Below, piece by piece: positions 20,484 to 30,400 of a stretch of DNA of 64,000 bases; position 1 is the stretch's first letter; every line of letters starts with the position of its first letter. A program made the position numbers and the translations under genes. The stretch is taken from positions 1 through 64,000 of the IMG/VR virus record IMGVR_UViG_3300042358_000030; one strand, written 5' to 3'. The stretch comes from an uncultured virus (IMG/VR IMGVR_UViG_3300042358_000030). Lineage: Duplodnaviria > Heunggongvirae > Uroviricota > Caudoviricetes. The notes under the pieces are model-generated. The model worked only from the letters and a program-made list of their open reading frames with translations, made no database searches and was not told where the DNA came from.

Positions 20484-22949
20484 TTAGAAATCAAATTTAA
20501 CTAAAAACTGTTGAATACCTTGTCTTAATACAGGGGATTGTAGCTTTGATACAATCATAAGGTTCATATCAGAATCGTAAAGACCAATTTCTGTAATATA
20601 TGAATTTGTCCCCTTAGTCCATGTAGGGTTTGAGGTTGATTGAAACTCGGCTTGTCCAAGATTTATTTTATATTTCATTTCATAAATGGTTGCTTGGATA
20701 TCGGTTTCTAATGAACCATAGAAATAATATTCATCTCCAAAATTTAATGAAGGTGTTGTTGTTCCGTTAGGTACTAATGGAATAAAATCGTTTAAATCAT
20801 AATCGTCAGCGGCTGCGTAGTTTTCTTCAGTGATTGTAAATGTGGTTCCTGTTAAACTATCTACGGTTAGATATCCATTAATTGTTGTTGCGCTTATCTG
20901 TGAGGTAAAATCAATAATTTTCCATTCAGCTGGGTCAGGTCTACTTGTACCAATAACTTTTTGACAAATAATTTGTAATGTGTCTGCGTAGAACCCTGTT
21001 ATTATATCACATGATGGACATAATGTTGTGGTTGTTGTAGTTGTTGTTGTAGTTGTTGGGATAACAACAGGTTGATTTAAACAAGGGAATTCCGCACCAA
21101 ATCTAATGGAAACGTTTTGTGACGCAACTGAACCACAATCAATGTTAGGTCCTTGAATTTTAGTATAATAATTACAGTGTAATGAATTTGTAAAAATATC
21201 GGTATTACTAAATCTGTAAGTAACGTACATATATTCAGTGTTAGCACTTAAAATACCTTTTACAACAGGTTGATTATTTTCAACCACACAAGTATTTGGT
21301 GTTGTTAATGAAACCTTAGGTGCCGGTAATGTCCAATTACGATTTGACTTGTAAGACATAGCGGCAATAATTTCTTCATCATCAATTACAATAATTTGTG
21401 AATCAGGGAATACTTTACCGATTCTACTTGGTAATCCATTATCATTCGCATTAGTGTCCCATAGTTGGTAATATCTAATACCGGGAGTATTCATATCACT
21501 ATTTTTAGTTGACTCAATGTAATATGGTTGGAATAATAGATATTCATCAAATCCTGGTGGGTCAACCCAAAATGTTTGACCTTTACAACAATTTGGATTT
21601 TTATGCCACATTAACCACGGCAAGTGTAATCTAAAATTGCGGGCTTCTCCTGTTGTATCAGAAGGGTTTGCCGGGTCGTAAGGTTCAAAGGCGAATTTTT
21701 CACCATAAAAGAAATCAATCGCTTGATTAGTATAATGAATAATTGCTATAGATTTTTGTTCACTAGGTTGAACAACTACTGTCTCGTCAAATGAGTTATA
21801 GTAATAAACAACTCCAGTATCTGTTTGACCACTATCGGACATATATCCAAAGTATTCTTTACTACCCATATAAGACGCCGAACCAAAGTAAGGATAACCT
21901 TTATATGTTGAATTATATAAACCGGCAGGGTCTTCAGACCAGGGAATGTTCATATTCCAAATTTTAACATCTGATTCATCTGTACTACATAAAGATTCAA
22001 AATTAATAACATTTTGATTCCAATGTGAGTTAGGTGTGATACTGTCATATAATGTTGTCATGTTTGGCGGATATACTAATACTCTGGCAAAACATCCACT
22101 TGAAAAGTTTGAAAAATCAGGTGTAGGTCTATCTAATGTATAGTTACCGTTACAAATATCTACAATTTTATAAGTTAAGATTGAATAACAACTACTCATT
22201 GACATCTCACAATTTGGTGGTGTTGGGGTAGGTACAGGTGTTGTAGAACAACTTATTGTTGGGGTTGGTGTTGGAGTTGGTGTTTCACATCCTGTATATG
22301 TTGGTGTTGGAGTTGGTGTTGGTGTATTAGTGACTTGGTAAGTTGATGTTGGGGTATAGGTTGGGGTAGGTGTTAATCCTGGTTCACAATAACAATTGTA
22401 TTCTCCTTGACCATCATAATATATTGTAACAAAGTCACCAATAGATGGTAATCTTACAATATTTGAATTACACCCTGAATATACTAATTGAATAACACTA
22501 CCACCCGTTAATGTAGACATATCTACGAGATAGTTAGAATTAATTGTATATTGGCTATTTGTTAATGCGCTCCATGTGAAAGTTGTTGCGGTTGTGTCTC
22601 CGGTGAAAAATCCTCTCATTGCGGCTCTATTATATACCGATTGAGGGATAGACGCCATGTATGGGATTCCATAAGTGTTACCTGTTATTCCATCAATATA
22701 GTATGGGTATTTAACGTTTTGTTTGTTATATTCAGGTGCTCCTGTCGAATTTTGAGCGTTAAAGGCTGGTTCAAGAATTTTTGTGGTAAATTGGTTGTAT
22801 GACGTTCCTGTTAATGTATTGTAAGAAACCTCACTATCTCCTACTTGAAAATAAGAGATATTAAAACTACCCTGTGATAATTTTTGTCTTCCGGTATCAG
22901 TTAGTCTTGTACTAAGTAAACCTTGTGTATTTTTTAATATGTATCCCAT
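20484..22949 (-). CDS. Tail-collar/fibre-attachment-like virion protein with Thr/Pro tracts
   Basis: N-terminal LTDTGRQKL and C-terminal ITEIGLYD..NLMIVSKL..P resemble the tail-collar fibre domain, split by a long insert. Confidence 0.6.
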   Translation of the reverse strand: MGYILKNTQGLLSTRLTDTGRQKLSQGSFNISYFQVGDSEVSYNTLTGTSYNQFTTKILEPAFNAQNSTGAPEYNKQNVKYPYYIDGITGNTYGIPYMASIPQSVYNRAAMRGFFTGDTTATTFTWSALTNSQYTINSNYLVDMSTLTGGSVIQLVYSGCNSNIVRLPSIGDFVTIYYDGQGEYNCYCEPGLTPTPTYTPTSTYQVTNTPTPTPTPTYTGCETPTPTPTPTISCSTTPVPTPTPPNCEMSMSSCYSILTYKIVDICNGNYTLDRPTPDFSNFSSGCFARVLVYPPNMTTLYDSITPNSHWNQNVINFESLCSTDESDVKIWNMNIPWSEDPAGLYNSTYKGYPYFGSASYMGSKEYFGYMSDSGQTDTGVVYYYNSFDETVVVQPSEQKSIAIIHYTNQAIDFFYGEKFAFEPYDPANPSDTTGEARNFRLHLPWLMWHKNPNCCKGQTFWVDPPGFDEYLLFQPYYIESTKNSDMNTPGIRYYQLWDTNANDNGLPSRIGKVFPDSQIIVIDDEEIIAAMSYKSNRNWTLPAPKVSLTTPNTCVVENNQPVVKGILSANTEYMYVTYRFSNTDIFTNSLHCNYYTKIQGPNIDCGSVASQNVSIRFGAEFPCLNQPVVIPTTTTTTTTTTTLCPSCDIITGFYADTLQIICQKVIGTSRPDPAEWKIIDFTSQISATTINGYLTVDSLTGTTFTITEENYAAADDYDLNDFIPLVPNGTTTPSLNFGDEYYFYGSLETDIQATIYEMKYKINLGQAEFQSTSNPTWTKGTNSYITEIGLYDSDMNLMIVSKLQSPVLRQGIQQFLVKFDF
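22213..22383 (-). repeat. Coding Thr/Pro repeat tract
   Basis: Encodes PGLTPTPTYTPTST...TPTPTPTPT...PTPTPP. Confidence 0.85.
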
Positions 22950-22974
22950 GTGATATAAATATTCTTATTTTTTT

Positions 22975-24000
22975 TTATTTTTGATTAACGTTAATAATTT
23001 CTACTACACAACATCCACAACCACTTATAGTTGCGTTGTATATATTATATAAGTCCTCACTTAATGTATACGTACAAGGTGTTAATGGTCCATTGTTAGT
23101 TATTGTTGTAACCGTGTTAATAACAATTGAATCTGAATTTGTAAAGGTTAATGAGTTCCAAGTTTCGGTATAGAAATCTAAATACTTTATTAAGTTTTGA
23201 CATCCTTGAATTGTATTAAAATTTGCATCTGATGTTACAGTACCGTTTGATGTGGTTAGTATTAAATTATCATTTTTATATAAGGCACTACTAGTAACCA
23301 AACTTGCAGTTATACCACTTGGAGAATAGTAAAATTTGTTATTGTGTGATATGTTAAAATTGATTACAGTACCACTTGGTAATTCAGGTGATACACTAAC
23401 CGTTGTTGTATATTGATTAGTCAACGTTGTATTATTATTAACCGGATTTGTTGATGTTGTTGTTAATTTTACACTATAAACTGTTGGTGGTGTAGGTTCA
23501 TTTAATGTTACATTATCACTATTAGTGTTTCCACTTACATCAATAACTTTAACGCTATAAATTCCTGAACATAATTGACTAAACATTGGTGAATTATAAT
23601 ACGTAACACCATTATCAATTGAATATTGATATGGTGGGTAACCACCTGAAACAGTTACCATTAAATTACCATCACATGAACATATTGGTTGATTAACACT
23701 ATAGGTTAATGAATTAATACCTAATGGATTACAAACACCTTCGTTAGCATAAACAGTTCCGTTAGCACCTAATACATACCAAGAGTTAAGAGGGGGTACA
23801 GAAGATGGTAAAGAAGAAAACACCAAATAAGTTAGATTACCACCATTCAATTTCCATCTACTTAATGAGGTGTCCCAATTAATTGAATATGTGTAATCAT
23901 CAGATACCCATTGATTATATCCATTAACATCTAATCCATTTGGGTTAAAATGAATTTGTAAGTTATTAATACTAATATTTAGACAAAAATTATATTCCAT
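22975..24000 (-). CDS. SprB-repeat-containing virion protein
   Basis: DGNLMVTVSGGYPPYQYSIDNG...LCSGIYSVKVID. Confidence 0.6.
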   Translation of the reverse strand: MEYNFCLNISINNLQIHFNPNGLDVNGYNQWVSDDYTYSINWDTSLSRWKLNGGNLTYLVFSSLPSSVPPLNSWYVLGANGTVYANEGVCNPLGINSLTYSVNQPICSCDGNLMVTVSGGYPPYQYSIDNGVTYYNSPMFSQLCSGIYSVKVIDVSGNTNSDNVTLNEPTPPTVYSVKLTTTSTNPVNNNTTLTNQYTTTVSVSPELPSGTVINFNISHNNKFYYSPSGITASLVTSSALYKNDNLILTTSNGTVTSDANFNTIQGCQNLIKYLDFYTETWNSLTFTNSDSIVINTVTTITNNGPLTPCTYTLSEDLYNIYNATISGCGCCVVEIINVNQK

Positions 24001-24001
24001 T

Positions 24002-26245
24002 TTATGATATTGTTATTCCCACTCCTTTTGTTGTTTGAAGTGTGTTGTATGATGAAGTGTTTGTGTATTTAGGTGATGATGTGCCTTTTATTTTTAATAA
24101 TTTACTACTAACCCAAGTTGAATTAGCATAACTTGTTAATAATTTATCAACATTAGTACTATTAAAGCCGCTTCCCACTATTTCAATTATTCTTAAATCT
24201 GTAAAAATTCTTGTACTATTTGAGAATACTGATATTGTGTTGTTACCGTATATATATAAATATTGGATATTTAAATGAACTAATGATAAATCACCTGAAA
24301 TGACGTTATTACCTTGTATTCTAACATTTTTTGAATTAGAAGGTAAATCTTGAATATTACCATAAATTGTGTTGTTACCGTATATAGCTAGTTGGTTATA
24401 GTTATAAGTACTACCTATACTACCAATATTACCAGTTAATGTATTGTTACCCTTTAACTCAAAAATCGCTCCTAGTTTTAAATTTAATGAACTAATATTA
24501 CCAGTAATATTATTATTTCCATAAATTTGTAAAGTTGATAATATTGAATAGTTTAATGTGTTAATATTACCATAAAGAGTATTAGTACCTTCAACATAAA
24601 TGTGTGATAAACTTGTTGGTAATGTTGATATATCACCAGTAACAGTATTTCCACCAGCCAATCTTATATCCATAACACTATTTGATAATCCGCCTAAATC
24701 ACCAAATATTGTGTTATTACCATATATATTTATGGTATCTAAATTAGGTGTCGACATTAATGATATATCACCGGTAATAGTGTTTGAACCAGCAATCATA
24801 ATTTTTTCAAGTGATGGGCAAGGAATATTATTTATATTACCTGTTATGGTATTTATACCACCTAAAATAATAGTTTTTAATGTTGTTGGTAAATTAGAAA
24901 CATTTCCTGAAATAGTATTTAATTGGTTTGGATAATTATTAAAGAACAAATTAATATGAAAATATTGTATATTAGGTGGTAAATTTGCAATATTACCTGA
25001 ACAATTAGACCACCGTGAAATTAATGATAATAATGTTGTCGGTAATAAACTTATATCACCTGATAAAAAATAATTTAGTCCATTACCGTCACCCATTCCA
25101 ACTAACCCATCTAAAAGATTTAATTGAGAAGTTTCAATTTCTAAATATCTAACACTATTCTCATTTATTTGAGGGTTAACATTTTTAGGTATAATTTGGG
25201 TTATAGATGTTAAATTTGATGTTTGAATTAATATATTTCCAGTATAAGGTGTTGAATATATGTGTGATATATAATTAATACCTGAAGGGTAATTATCTGT
25301 ATTACCATCACCCCAAACAATTCTAAATGGCAGTGATGCGTCAATTCTAAATTCAAAACCACTAACAGGGGCAAAACTATTCAAACTTCTTGCAATCATT
25401 GTGAATGTTTCGTTGTATGATGGTACTTCTGGTGTTATTGTTATTGTTGGTGTTGGGGTAGGTGTTGGTGTTTTGGTTAATGTAGGTGTTATAGTCAATG
25501 TAGGTGTTATAGTTTGGGTAATTGTTGGTGTTGGTGGTATTCCTGATGTTAATGTAGGTGTTAATGTAGGTGTAACCGTAGGTGTTGTAGTTAATGTAGG
25601 TGTTAGTGTTGGAGTTCTAGTTAATGTTGGTGTAACCGTTAGTGTTGGTGTTGGTGTTAGTGTTGGGGTTTTGGTTAATGTAGGTGTTGGTGTTGCGGTT
25701 GGTCCTGTTAATACGCATATTGTATTGGCGGTAAAATCACCATAATAATCAACAATAGTTGCTGGATATGAACCCGATTGTAAATCCATGATAGCAGGTG
25801 AAATACTACCATCACCCCAAGTAACTGTATATGGAGGTGTTCCTCCTGTTATAGATATAGATGCTCTACCATCACGACTACCTGCAGTTGAAGGATTAAT
25901 AACATCACATTCAACAGTCATTGGAAATAATGTAATTACATCACATTCATTGGATTGAATATAACTAATTGCTGGCTGTGGAGGAGGAGGAGGAAAACAA
26001 CCATAAGCGTTATCCAAACAATCTTGACAATCGTTATATAATGTTGAGATAGTTTTATTCCCTGCGTAAATTAACGACCCTGATGGGATTGGTCCTGATA
26101 TTAAATAAGCGCACCCACTAAATGAAAGGGTTTCAATAGAATAAACTTCCCCTAAAATAGGTAATATTAATGTAATGTCATTTACTCCGAAATAATTGTC
26201 GGATTCGTTAAATTTGACACAACATGTTTGAAAATAATATATCAT
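24002..26245 (-). CDS. Virion/receptor-binding protein: SprB-like unit, TP linker, PKD-like domain and LRR-like solenoid
   Basis: SITGGTPPYTVTWGDG; about 90 aa TP tract; IVWGDG...HIY; many IxGxNTIxGxIxxL repeats. Confidence 0.65.
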   Translation of the reverse strand: MIYYFQTCCVKFNESDNYFGVNDITLILPILGEVYSIETLSFSGCAYLISGPIPSGSLIYAGNKTISTLYNDCQDCLDNAYGCFPPPPPQPAISYIQSNECDVITLFPMTVECDVINPSTAGSRDGRASISITGGTPPYTVTWGDGSISPAIMDLQSGSYPATIVDYYGDFTANTICVLTGPTATPTPTLTKTPTLTPTPTLTVTPTLTRTPTLTPTLTTTPTVTPTLTPTLTSGIPPTPTITQTITPTLTITPTLTKTPTPTPTPTITITPEVPSYNETFTMIARSLNSFAPVSGFEFRIDASLPFRIVWGDGNTDNYPSGINYISHIYSTPYTGNILIQTSNLTSITQIIPKNVNPQINENSVRYLEIETSQLNLLDGLVGMGDGNGLNYFLSGDISLLPTTLLSLISRWSNCSGNIANLPPNIQYFHINLFFNNYPNQLNTISGNVSNLPTTLKTIILGGINTITGNINNIPCPSLEKIMIAGSNTITGDISLMSTPNLDTINIYGNNTIFGDLGGLSNSVMDIRLAGGNTVTGDISTLPTSLSHIYVEGTNTLYGNINTLNYSILSTLQIYGNNNITGNISSLNLKLGAIFELKGNNTLTGNIGSIGSTYNYNQLAIYGNNTIYGNIQDLPSNSKNVRIQGNNVISGDLSLVHLNIQYLYIYGNNTISVFSNSTRIFTDLRIIEIVGSGFNSTNVDKLLTSYANSTWVSSKLLKIKGTSSPKYTNTSSYNTLQTTKGVGITIS
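25425..25705 (-). repeat. Coding tandem Thr/Pro repeat (TPTLTxTP)
   Basis: Recurrent gttaatgtaggtgt units on the + strand. Confidence 0.9.
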
Positions 26246-26265
26246 TATAATTTGTTTCTGTTATA

Positions 26266-27246
26266 CTATAAATAATCCTTTATTTGTTTTTTCACCAAAG
26301 ATTTCATAACTTCTACATATTTTTTTGTTGAACTCTGAGAACTGACATAATCGAAAAAATTAATATTCTCTTTTAATTTGTCTAATGGGTTAAGATTAAT
26401 AAAATCTCCTTTATAAAATTTATCTTGTTTTTGATTATCTGTTACTCCTGCCATGTGAAGAATAGGTTTATCTTCATATATTTTTATTGAATCTGTTGCC
26501 CATGAAAAATCAAATTCAGGGGTTATTTTTGTCTCAATTCCATGTAACCACAAATTCCATAATAGTGACCACATCTCGGCGGTCCAAAATTGAATTTCGC
26601 CTGGACTAATTGGAAATCTTTTTTGATAGTCTAACATTTGGTCATACAGTGGAACGCAATCTGCGTATATTTTTTCCCATAATAACCAATCGGTGTTTTT
26701 AATTAAGTATTGACCACCTCCCGAATTTTCTTGATTACATTCAATACACTCAACTGAAACGCCAACAACATCGGTCATTTCTTCTAATAATTGACCTTTA
26801 CCTGATGTTGGGTGAGCATTTTCATAACGTTCACAACAATCCATAATATATCTATAACCAATATATCCTATTGTGTCGGATAAATATGTAATATCATCAT
26901 TTAATAAACTATCAAAATTTGGTAATTTTCTGAATATAATGTCAGAGTCATGTAAGAAGAAACATTTACCATGTTCAGGAAAATCTTTTAACCATTTTGA
27001 AATTAAAAAGGGTTTAACTGTTGGGATGTAATGTTTTTGAGGTCTATTATCGATATAATAATGTACGTTAACTCCGGAATCTTTTAATTTTAAAGATTCT
27101 TCAGTTGGTTTACCATCTTCATTTATTATTCCAAGTAATACGTGGATTTGATTTGGAGGAACACCATGTTCAATAAAGTTGTGTATATACACCATTATTT
27201 GCCAATGGAAATAAGGTACATCAGGTTGTGCTGTAACAAAAATCAT
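26266..27246 (-). CDS. GT-A fold glycosyltransferase resembling SGT1/HPAT protein O-glycosyltransferases
   Basis: YFHWQ, KP..I..WL, FLHDSDIIF (DxD), WTAEMW, and ILHMAG motifs. Confidence 0.7.
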   Translation of the reverse strand: MIFVTAQPDVPYFHWQIMVYIHNFIEHGVPPNQIHVLLGIINEDGKPTEESLKLKDSGVNVHYYIDNRPQKHYIPTVKPFLISKWLKDFPEHGKCFFLHDSDIIFRKLPNFDSLLNDDITYLSDTIGYIGYRYIMDCCERYENAHPTSGKGQLLEEMTDVVGVSVECIECNQENSGGGQYLIKNTDWLLWEKIYADCVPLYDQMLDYQKRFPISPGEIQFWTAEMWSLLWNLWLHGIETKITPEFDFSWATDSIKIYEDKPILHMAGVTDNQKQDKFYKGDFINLNPLDKLKENINFFDYVSSQSSTKKYVEVMKSLVKKQIKDYL

Positions 27247-27324
27247 ATTATATAAAACGTTTTTAATTAAATATAAATGACAATCAAATGTAATAAATGG
27301 TAAAGATGATGATATTTATATAAT

Positions 27325-27495
27325 ATGAAACTGATTAGAACAATATCGAATTTGGTAACTGAATCTAAAAAAATTTACGAGGACGCATGTGAAAAAGGTG
27401 TCAACGAAAAAGAATTAGATAGATTAGAAAAAAACTACAATGAATCTTTAAAACTTTTAAGGATATATGAGGGTTTAGGTAAAAAAACGGAATAA
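27325..27495 (+). CDS. Small hypothetical protein, 56 aa (MKLIRTISNLVTESKK...), not in the ORF track
   Basis: Translated by hand; preceded by TATTTATA at 27313-27320. Confidence 0.6.
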   Translation: MKLIRTISNLVTESKKIYEDACEKGVNEKELDRLEKNYNESLKLLRIYEGLGKKTE

Positions 27496-27497
27496 TT

Positions 27498-30400
27498 TTA
27501 TATTCCGTAAACTATTTCTACACCTTCAATATGGACAGTCCATCTTAAAGTTTCACCAACAGCTCCTGTGACTTGTATATCTAAAGCATCGTTAGTATTG
27601 TCAGCACTAATTGCAACGTCATAAGATGCGTTATCTTCCACATCAGTTCCAATAACTGATACCGGACTCGCACCAATTAAAGAAGTTGCACCACCTACAT
27701 TTTTAATTGCGACTTTTCTTATATAGTGAGCTCCTGCAGAACCATCTGATTTAATACCACCAATATTTATTGTAACAAACATTGCAGTTCCTGCAATTAC
27801 GGATATACGTTGACTTGCCCCATCTAAAAATATGTTGACAGCACTTCCACTTGTTGTTTTATTTCTACCTACTAAATCAATTTGTTGTGACGCACCTCTT
27901 GAACCAGCGCCAGCCCAAGTACCTGAAGCAAATGACCTTTGTCCAAAACGAGGTGCACATCCATAGGCTCCACCAAGAATTGATGAATAACAACCTGTGA
28001 CAGTGTTTGCACACCCACCTCCAATAAAAGAATGTTCAGCACATGAAATATTACTGGCTCCACCAACTATTGCCGAAGAACCGCTAAATACGACATTTCC
28101 ATCACCACCACCAATAAAAGAAGCTGTATCACATACACCATTTGTATTTCCACCAACAATTACAGATAAGAATGATGAACCTGATAACGCAGGTGTTCCA
28201 ATGCAGTTGAATTGACCACCACCAATAAAGTTAGATTCACCGTGAGTTCTATTTGTCCATCCACCTACAATTGTTGAGTATCCATACGCTGTTTGACAAA
28301 TTATACAGTTTTTATAACCACCTCCTATAAATGAAAACCTTACACAAGTTGTATTTTGACAACCACCACCAATTGTTGACATGTTGCTGCAAATTATATT
28401 TCCATTTCCTCCGCCAATTGTTGAACAGTTCCCCGAAATTATATTAAGTGAACCACCAACTATTGATGAACCACACCCTGCGACACTGTGTTGACTACCT
28501 CCCCCAACAAATGAACAAGCACCAATTGAGCAGTTATTATAACCACCTCCAATTGTTGAACAACCACCTGACGCAGTGTTTTTAAAACCTCCACCAATTG
28601 TTGCAACCCAATTACATGTTTTGTTCTGAAAACCTCCGCTAATTGTTGAGTTACCACTATATGCAATGTTACAACCACCACCACCGATAAAGGAATCACT
28701 AGCGGCAGCACAAATAATATTTGAAAGACCACCGGTAATTGTTGAATTAGGCGACCAAATTGTGTTAGTAATACCACCACCTATAGTTGAACCGGATGTA
28801 AAGATTATATTATTACATCCTCCACCAATTGTTGATTTAATTCCTTGTACGCTATTAAATTGACCCCCACCAATAAATGACACACCACCGGAAACGGTAT
28901 TTCCAGAACCACCACCAATAAATGAATAATTACCTGATGATATATTGCACTTACCACCGGTAAGTGTTGAATGATAATTACATGTGGTGTTGAATGAACC
29001 AGCTCCAATAAAGGAACAATGTCCAATAGAGCAATTACGACCACCACCAACGATTGATGATTGACACCCAATAGATTTGTTATCATATCCTCCGGTTATC
29101 GATGATTGATTACCACTTGATATATTACAACGACCACCACCAATAACTCCTCCATTTCCTGAGACTTTATTATAACCTCCTCCACCTATAAACCCTGTAA
29201 TTCCGGATACGGTATTTGCGTAACCACCACCAATAAAACTATTTTGGAATCCTGGTAAACTATCTGTTAAATTTCTAATTATTGGAGCGGACGATGTGAA
29301 TGGATTTACAAATATTGTTGACCCACTAACATCCAAATAAGTATATCCGCCCGAATACGTAGATGCAGTTATAACAACATTTCTTGAACAACTAAAATCC
29401 CATGTTAGTAAAAGGTCGTTAACATTAAATGACGATGTCTGATTACCATATAAAGTTATTGAACAATTATTTGCGTAATATGAGTTTGTTACTGATGAAT
29501 TACCAATAAAGTTTAACGCACCACCACCAATAATTGAGTGGTCACCACATATTACATTAACTTGTCCTCCACCAATTATACCAAATGGTACAGAAATTCT
29601 ATTATTATTACCACTTACAAGACCACTACCATAAGTGTTTGAACCTAAACAGTTAAGTGCTCCCCCTAAGATTGCTGCTCTAACACCATATGTTTTATTA
29701 TAGAATCCACCGACAATAACAGAATCTTCACCAATACCAGTTGTACCTGATATTTGATTGCCTCTACCACCTCCAATAAACCCGTATGATTGACATAATT
29801 TATTATTCACACCACCGGCAATTACTGACCTAAATGGATTCAATACATTACTATTGATGCTATTACCGGAACCACCAACTATTGAAGAATCTGTTCCGCA
29901 TACACAATTATTTCTACCACCAGCAATTGTTGAATATGTACAAGTTATTTTATTATTAAATCCTCCACCAATAACAGAATGGCTGAGAACATTACAATTA
30001 TTTTGACCTCCTGATATTGTGGAATAACTACCTAAAGATTTATTACATCTACCTCCACCAACAAATGATTGAAAACATGATATATTATTTGTACCACCAC
30101 CAATTGTTGAGAAACTATTTATTGCTTGGTTTCCACAACCACCCGCAATAGTTGATGTATTTCCTGTTGCAACATTTAAAATTCCCCCACCAATTGTTGA
30201 ACAACCAAAGGAAGTTATATTTTCCTGTCCACCGGCAATTGTTGAACTATTACCGTAAGATTTATTTTTTTGACCACCACCAATCGTGTTAAAGTTAAGG
30301 TATGGTGTTATAATATTTGTGTAACCACCACCAATTGTGTTACCACCGGTGCAAGTATAACCAACATAAGTATTTGTATTTATGGTGTTACAATTTCCTC

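Noticed and set aside
25401..25745. Antisense Val/Gly-repeat ORF
   Set aside because: Reverse-strand shadow of the TP tract
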